A DNA stretch of 64,000 bases from Ramazzottius varieornatus (Eukaryota; Animalia; Tardigrada), in assembly GCA_001949185.1 (NCBI GenBank), contig BDGG01000001.1, positions 6,779,280 through 6,843,279 of the forward strand, given 5' to 3'. The notes under the pieces are model-generated. The model was not told where the DNA came from, made no database searches, and worked only from the letters and a program-made list of their open reading frames with translations. The first letter of the stretch is position 1. Each line of letters starts with the position of its first letter. Of this stretch, positions 57,601 to 64,000 are shown in pieces. A program made the translations under genes and the position numbers.

Positions 57601-59099
57601 ATAAGATCCAACAGTAAGCCCAGAAAGACGAAGTCTCCAGTGGCCTCCTCCTCTAACCCCCTCCGAGACCGTGCTAAGCTTGCCCAGCGTGGCAAGTCCG
57701 GGCAGCGGGCGGTAGTGGGTACCTGCCAGACAGTCGAGAAGGAGTACTTCCGGTTGACCGAGGAAGCCGAGCCTTCTCTCATTCGCCCTCTAAACATTCT
57801 CGAGCAGGCGCTGGACGTGGTCCGCGACAATTGGAAGCGGAAGCATAACTACCGTTATGCCGAGTCGCAGTTGAAGAGTATCAGGCAGGACCTCCGTGTT
57901 CAGCATATCTTCTCCCCCTTCACCGTCAAAGTATACGAGATGCATGCACGTATTGCATTGGAAGTAGGCGATCAGGCAGAATTCACCCAGTGTCTGGCGC
58001 AACTTGAGTGGCTGTATGATACACTGTCCGCCGTCTATCGTAAAACGGGTAGCTCCGCTGGTGCTGTCGCGCCTGGATGTGAGAACCGCAGGGAGTTCCT
58101 GTCCTATCGCATCCTCTACGTCATGAGGCAGAACAGAACAACTGGTAAGTTGTCTCGAATCAGCGGGCGCACGTGAATGCTGAACCATATATTATGCCCA
58201 TTTTCACTCAGAGCGTTAAGTTTGGAGTGGGGCACAATATACGGATCGTTGAATTGGTGCGTCGGTTGACATATAAATGGCAAAATTTGTCTGATGGGCT
58301 CTCTAACTGCTGTTTGGTTTTGTAGACATGACGCGGGTGAGGAGTCAGCTTTCGGATGAAGATAAGAAGGATACGTGTATAGCGTTCGCTTTCTCGGTAC
58401 TGTCCGCGTATTTTGCTGGTGATTACCAACAGTATTTCTCATTGCACAAAAATGCACCCATGATGGCTGGCTACGTCATGGATGTCTCCACCCCCATCTT
58501 TCGTCAGAAGATGCTCATCAAGATATGCGCAGCGTAAGTTTCCTGTTTCAGAAACTCGATGGAATGTTTGGGAGCTCAGCAAGCAAACTCAGCAAGATCG
58601 TTTTTCCAAGTCGCTCACATTTTCAGTGTAATAACCTGGAGAGTGCGCCACTCGGAAGTTCTGACGTGGCTATTTTGCCAAGTGACGCACTTCTTCAGTT
58701 TAATAGGCTGAAGCATGCGCCGCTGGGAATTACGATCTTGTTGTTTTTTTAGACTAGGTCTGGTCTCACGGTATTTATGGTGGATGTTTAATGTTTTTTA
58801 GGTATCGACCGAACCTTCCCGTGATGGCGCTCAAAGACATCTTGTGTTTTAGTAGTGAACCTGAACTGCGAGATTTCCTGAAAGCTTATAGGTTAACGTA
58901 CACATGGATGAATGGAGCTGAGGAGATTGATTGTAAGGCTTCCTTGGCGGTAGTGAAGGCAGGTCCTGAGATCCTTCAACCAGTTGAGACTCAGGCACAG
59001 CCTCAGGCACCTCCGCCACCCAAACCGAAGCTGGTGACCTCCACACCGCTAAGAACTTCCAGTAAGACAAGAAGAAGAATAGCTGTCAGTACAGCTTGA
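54676..59099 (+). CDS. LENG8: LENG8/THP3-like SAC3/GANP (PCI) domain protein, multi-exon
   Basis: Pro/Tyr/Gln-rich N-terminus with AWQKAMDAL, then DWPVSLQ.YVAKA. The PCI region reads VVGTCQTVEKEYFRLT..IRPL..YAESQLKSIRQDLRVQHI..FTVKVYEMHARIALEVGDQAEFTQCLAQLEWLY, followed by NAPMMAGYVMD and EIDCKAS. Confidence 0.92.
55194..55223 (+). mobile_element. Solo TIR fragment of MITE family A next to a GC-rich palindrome, in a LENG8 intron
   Basis: GTACACGCATGACGAGAAATTATGGGACAG, preceded by CAAGGCCGTGCTG...CAGCACGGCCTTG (~55111-55157). Confidence 0.6.
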
Positions 59100-59570
59100 T
59101 GAGGCTTTTCTTCATGAAATTCTTCCCTATCGTTTTCCTGTTTTATGATTATTTATCTGCACTAATTCATTTCGACTCAATGTTCTTGTTGAGTGGAATA
59201 CTGTAGTATGAAGAGTATCTTACGCTGTTTCTTTTAACTTGTTTCTATTTTTAATGGTTATCCTCTTTGACGTTTACGACTAATTGAAGAAGGTCAATCT
59301 CGGTAAAGATGCGATATGTCGTTGAAGAGACGCTTCGGTCGTAAAGCTGTGATCTTTTGTATGAACGAATAATGGTAGGTCAGTAAGCGTGAAATTCGCT
59401 TGTGAGGAACACAAACTCGTTTTGGTATCCATTCAGGTAAGGTCGCCTTCGAGATCGACATCAGTCTAAGCCGATGCGGATACACGAGCAGATTTCCCAC
59501 GGCACTGTAGATGTATATACAGGTAACAGTTGCCTCAACATCCTGAAGCCGCAAAGACCGATATTCCACC

Positions 59571-61009
59571 ATGCAGATTGTATCGAAAAATTGGTTGGAA
59601 CACTTGAGGCTCTTCTTTGCTGGGATAATCGCGGTTGGAGTCAAACATGTCTCGAGTACCAACCGCTACTATGGGACATATCTCACCTTTGGCTCCGTAA
59701 GTACTACCCGGATGCTAGAGCGGAGCTCTTATGGCTACCTTTGTTATCTTCTCCGTATAATCTATTTGCTTTTCAAGGGTGACACAATGATACAAGTCTA
59801 CCATGCCGAGAAGGGACCCAATACGCCGCACCGGAAGTGGCACGTGGAATGTTTGGATGGCGAAGCTGTTATCGGAATTCAGTCAGTCATTCAATCACTC
59901 ATTCAGTCACATTGAACACTTGATCAAATTGGAGGTCCTATGTTTCATTTTTGCATAATACGTTCTACTTTCAGGAACTTCGTCAATGATTTCCAGGTAA
60001 GAATCGACGAGGATCGGATAACGGGGTATTTCCGGTTACTGTACACTTCCGGTTTTGCTTTATGCCCTGCGCCACAAACTGAAAATCAAAGTGGCCCTTT
60101 CGGTCTGCAGAAACTGGATGTGATATGGTGCAAGTTCATGTTCCCGTACAAGCCACCAACAAACGGAATTTATCCCTTCTATCCAAAGTAAGCTATCGAT
60201 GGCTGCGAGAATGGAGCGAATGCCATTAGGGGGACATTCATTCTTGCGTCTTTGCAGCTGCCATGTCAAGAACTTCACGAATCAGTTCTTCTGTTTCGAT
60301 CCGAAGGATGTGGCGCTGACAGTAAACACCTTTGTCGTAGGTGGGTCCAGTCTTGCATTTGAGTCGAAGACCTGTCGCTGTGGGGAATCTCCCTTGAAGG
60401 TCTGTTGCTCCTTGTAGGTTTCTGGGATCCGGGGGCGCAGTTCTTCATAGCCTTTCCCCGTATCACAGACAACAACTTATACAAGTGCTGCAGAACCCCA
60501 CAAGGGTACTACGTGGACTATACCAGCTGTTATTACTTGCCGACCCACGACCAGTACTGGGAGTTCTACGTGAGTTCCGAAATGAGCATACATGGCGATA
60601 GCAAACTTTTCTAACATTTTTTGGGCTATACTGTAGGATGCTATTCAACAGTTTATTGTCTTTTGCAATGGAGGTTATGTCATGACGGGAATTTCAAAGA
60701 AAATTGCTCCCTACGACCAAGAGGTATCTTTCTCATTCTTGATGTCTGAGCTAATGGAACGAGTCGGAAACCTTTTGCGATTACCAGTCCCGCTTTCTGC
60801 AGAATCACATTGAATGGATCCAGTGTTGTCGCATGGGCTTTCAAGGGTTCGACAATCTTGCGCCACCTCAAGTACTGCGGATTGCTCGGTCAGTTAACAA
60901 ATCCACGATGGTTGGGACCGTGGAAGACATCGAAGAGCCGGACCCGATGACCACCGCGTCAAGCGTTCCAACTTTAGAAGCTGAGCATAATAGTTTGTGG
61001 AATCCGTAA
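59571..61009 (+). CDS. Secreted Cys/aromatic-rich ~285-aa protein with dermatopontin/amebocyte-aggregation-factor-like repeats, 8 exons
   Basis: Exons 59571-59696, 59778-59881, 59975-59996, 60111-60187, 60258-60340, 60418-60569, 60637-60723 and 60803-61009 give 858 nt in frame. Repeated motifs: ECLDGEAVIGIQ..IWCK, FVVGFWD..YKCC, FCNGGYVMTGISK..WIQCC. AATAAA at 61063. The family assignment is by pattern only. Confidence 0.7.
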
Positions 61010-62125
61010 AGAGATTTCACCTGTTACTGTGATTTCTTGCATTACTTGTAATGAGAACCGTCAATAAAATTCATAAAATTAAGATCACTAGAAGGGAAAG
61101 AACGGCAAGAACAAAGTTCCAGAAAAATGGACTTTTCTTCTAGTCTCTTGCGTTGTTTGTTCTCCATCGTTCACCGGACCAAGCCATGCCGGCACTTCTT
61201 GACCTCACTAACGAGGGAACGGTCAGGACGATCAGACGCCGATCTTTGTTTTGATGCTTTCACCCGATAGGTAGGTTTCTTAGCTTACTATAAAAAGCAG
61301 GAAGAGATGCTATGAACCCCTCCCTGGAGCTGGAGAAAATCCTGAAAGCGTGGAGCCATTGTCTACCCCGTATAGCACCACTAAGTTCTTGGGATGTCTA
61401 CTGGTCCCTGTATCGTGGGTGGCGTGAAGTCGCCGGCAGCAAAAACGAAGTAAATGTACTCCCGAACATCTCTACGGTTTCAGGCAGGGCAAAAAACTTT
61501 GCGATTTCATCGATGTTTCCTCCCGTGGTGGTCTCTGAGGAAAATGTCGATGAAAAAAGAAAACTTTCTTTGACTTACCTGAAACAGTAAAGGTGTTCAG
61601 GACTACATTTACTTCGTTTTTGCTGCCGGTAACTCCATGCTACCCGTGGTACAAGGACCGCCGATAACTCCATGCTACCCGAGCACTGATGGTAAGAGGA
61701 CCACAGACGATTGGCACCTGTGCAGCGGAGAATTTTTTGGACCTGGTGATTCTGGTCTTTCAATCAACCGTTCTCACTGCTCAGCAATATTACGTACACA
61801 AAGCGTGATGGCTGCTGGTGCAGGACCAAAGTGCGCAGTTTGGCGCATTCAGCAGTTCCGCTCTTTCAGTTGACTTTCAAAGAATGGAACTGTGTACTAT
61901 TGCCGGTGTCGATTGATTGCTGATTGGACAGATTCGTTTGGTTTCAACTTTCAACGGATGCAGCGCAGCTTTTTCCAGGAATCTCTTCGGTTTTAGCCTT
62001 CAGACTCATCTTTCTAGCTGCGTGATCCCTCCATCCATCCTCTACTTTGTGTTTACTGTGAAGACATTCGGCTTATTCTCGACTGAACAACCTTCAGATG
62101 TTTCGTTGTCGACAGGAGGCGAAAC

Positions 62126-63635
62126 ATGGACCGTCCGGAGAAGACTGGACTCAAGTAAGCCATAATTATGCCATATTGTGCTTTTCTTATTCATCACTTA
62201 AACTTCCTTCCTTGATCTGTTGCACCCTTGGTACCATGTCGCGTCGTTGTGTTGAGTGTTTTCTCATTACAGCAGACTGCGACGTCGCTCCTCGGTATGT
62301 CAAGACTTACGGCCGTTTTCAAAGCTGCGAAGAGTTATTTTCCGTCGATCGTGGAAAATTTCTTGTTCATTGTTTTGCTGGGCGGTATTATTACGCTGCT
62401 TATGCCTTCCAGATTTTAAAAATGATTACTCTCACAACGGATAATATCGAAAATGGAAACAGCACGACGGCTAACTTTTCGAGGCTCAAACGACGGGTCA
62501 GCTTCGCGGAAACCTTTGAGCTCAAGTGAATCTTCAGAATTTCGTTCTTTATGTTGATTAATATCCGAATAAAATTCCAGCTGCGTCTTTCACGTTTGCA
62601 TTGTTTCTAGGAATTACTGCCTTGAAGAGGCAGGCCTTTTCGAAGGTGCAGCCGAAAGACACCAAGTGAAAGATGCCCAGCAGACATCTCCCATCCCTCC
62701 TTTCGAGATCAACGAGTTTGGTCGACGTTACTCACCTGAAGCCTTCCATCCTGATCTTAACCAGTCCATGTACGGCGACCAGATGATGGAACAGGGCAGT
62801 TTCATTGAGGATGCCATCCTGTTTGAGGGTCCAAGAAATTCGCATAACAGGACAACGTCCGAACCTGTGGACATGAGCGTGTCTCGCCTGGATCAGTCAC
62901 GCTTCGATCAGTCCATGGAGATGGACTGCTCCAGCCAGGCCGCTGTCCACGTTACTCATCAAAGTGCTCTGATCATCTGTTCTGGTAGGAACAAGTCTGA
63001 ACAACAGGATAACCGGGGACATCTTGTCGCAAACCTCGGTAAATTTATTTTTCGTGAGATCTTGACGAGACGTATTCAGTGTTCAGAAACCTACGTACGC
63101 TGAGTCACAACGTATATCATCACAATCGTGTATGCAGGTGTATGAAATGCGAGTGTGTGGTTGTGAATGGGCGCTGTCTTGCACCTGCATACAGCAAGCT
63201 GCTGGACTGACTTTGGGTTCGGTGCGCGAGACAACTGCGCCTTTTTTGCCGATCTTCTCCATGCAGTCCATGTACATTGTGCTTGTTCTGATTTTTCAGG
63301 TTTCAGTCAGGCTGATACCAGTCTAAGTGCCATCTTCCATGCGTTGGAAGATGGCGGCTCTGTGCCCGATGTGTCCGTTGAGACGTTCGTCATGGAAGAA
63401 GAGCTGATGGCGCAGCAGGAAAGAGAGGTGCAACTGGAGGAACGTACCTCTCTCGAAAGCTTCCTTGAGAGTATCGACATGATCCAATCATCAGACACCG
63501 CGGGAAGTAAACCACTTGAGAACCAAGTGGATATGGACATCTCGGTAATGACGTTTTTGGAGCCACAGAATGACCCTCATGATATGGACATATCCGAACT
63601 GCAAAGTAACCATGGGCGTCCCATCGGAAACTTCG
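62126..63635 (+). CDS. KNL1: KNL1/Spc105 kinetochore scaffold, 5' part (continues past the window)
   Basis: Exons 62126-62154, 62273/62276-62294, 62413-62525, 62611 to ~63038 and 63300-63635 give MDRPEKTGLKLRRRSSILK...SRLKRRVSFAET (SILK + RVSF PP1-docking motifs). These are followed by acidic MELT-like repeats (DMSVS, SMEMD, DMDIS x2). Confidence 0.82.
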
Positions 63636-64000
63636 GTGAGTTCCAATACTGTATTCTCTCCGGAAATGGATGTACGTCACTGATATCTGGTTCACTAGAG
63701 TGTTAGCGTAGCTATTACACAAAGCCAGCATGGCGTCAGATCTTGACGTATTTACGGACAGCTTTAGTAGCCAATCAGCGCAGTCGGACAAAATACTATT
63801 AAGCTCTGTTTCATCTGCCGGTGCGTAGTACTTTTGGTACCCTGGCCGCGCCATGGTTCATCTTTCCCACAATCTGAAACGGCCATAATTTTTGTTTAGC
63901 TCGTGGGGACCGAATGGCCGTTACAGAAAGTTGAGATCAGCTCTTGGTCATCCCGCTACCGGGGAAGATCAGCTGATAGGATCTCTAATACCCATAATGT

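Noticed and set aside
61100-61900. Small minus-strand gene head-to-head with KNL1 (good donor-like site near 61577)
   Set aside because: No convincing ORF or exon chain could be assembled.

Overview
Gene-dense animal (metazoan) genomic DNA of roughly balanced GC content, with many short GT-AG introns. The compact layout and gene set are consistent with a tardigrade such as Ramazzottius, but that is an unverified inference. It is not prokaryotic, and no CRISPR, rRNA or tRNA was seen. Genes spliced by hand, left to right: unc-80 (minus strand, 5' part, runs off the left edge); an intronless 604-aa secreted Pro/Ser-rich orphan; a 7-exon gene for a signal peptide + coiled coil + PGAM5-type histidine phosphatase; a glypican; a possible BTB/BACK-like relic; angiomotin head-to-head with HERC4; a secreted EMI-like-domain protein; ABCF2 head-to-head with LENG8/THP3; a secreted Cys-rich dermatopontin-like protein; and the 5' end of KNL1 (SILK, RVSF and MELT-like motifs). 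There are three small inverted-repeat families. Two are TA-flanked MITE families, mostly in the left half. The third is a ~90-bp palindrome (GTGGCGCACG-N23-CGTGCGCCAC) with at least 14 copies, seen only in introns of HERC4, ABCF2 and LENG8. The most notable observations are the apparently secreted, glycosylated PGAM5 paralog and this intron-restricted, fixed-spacer palindrome family.
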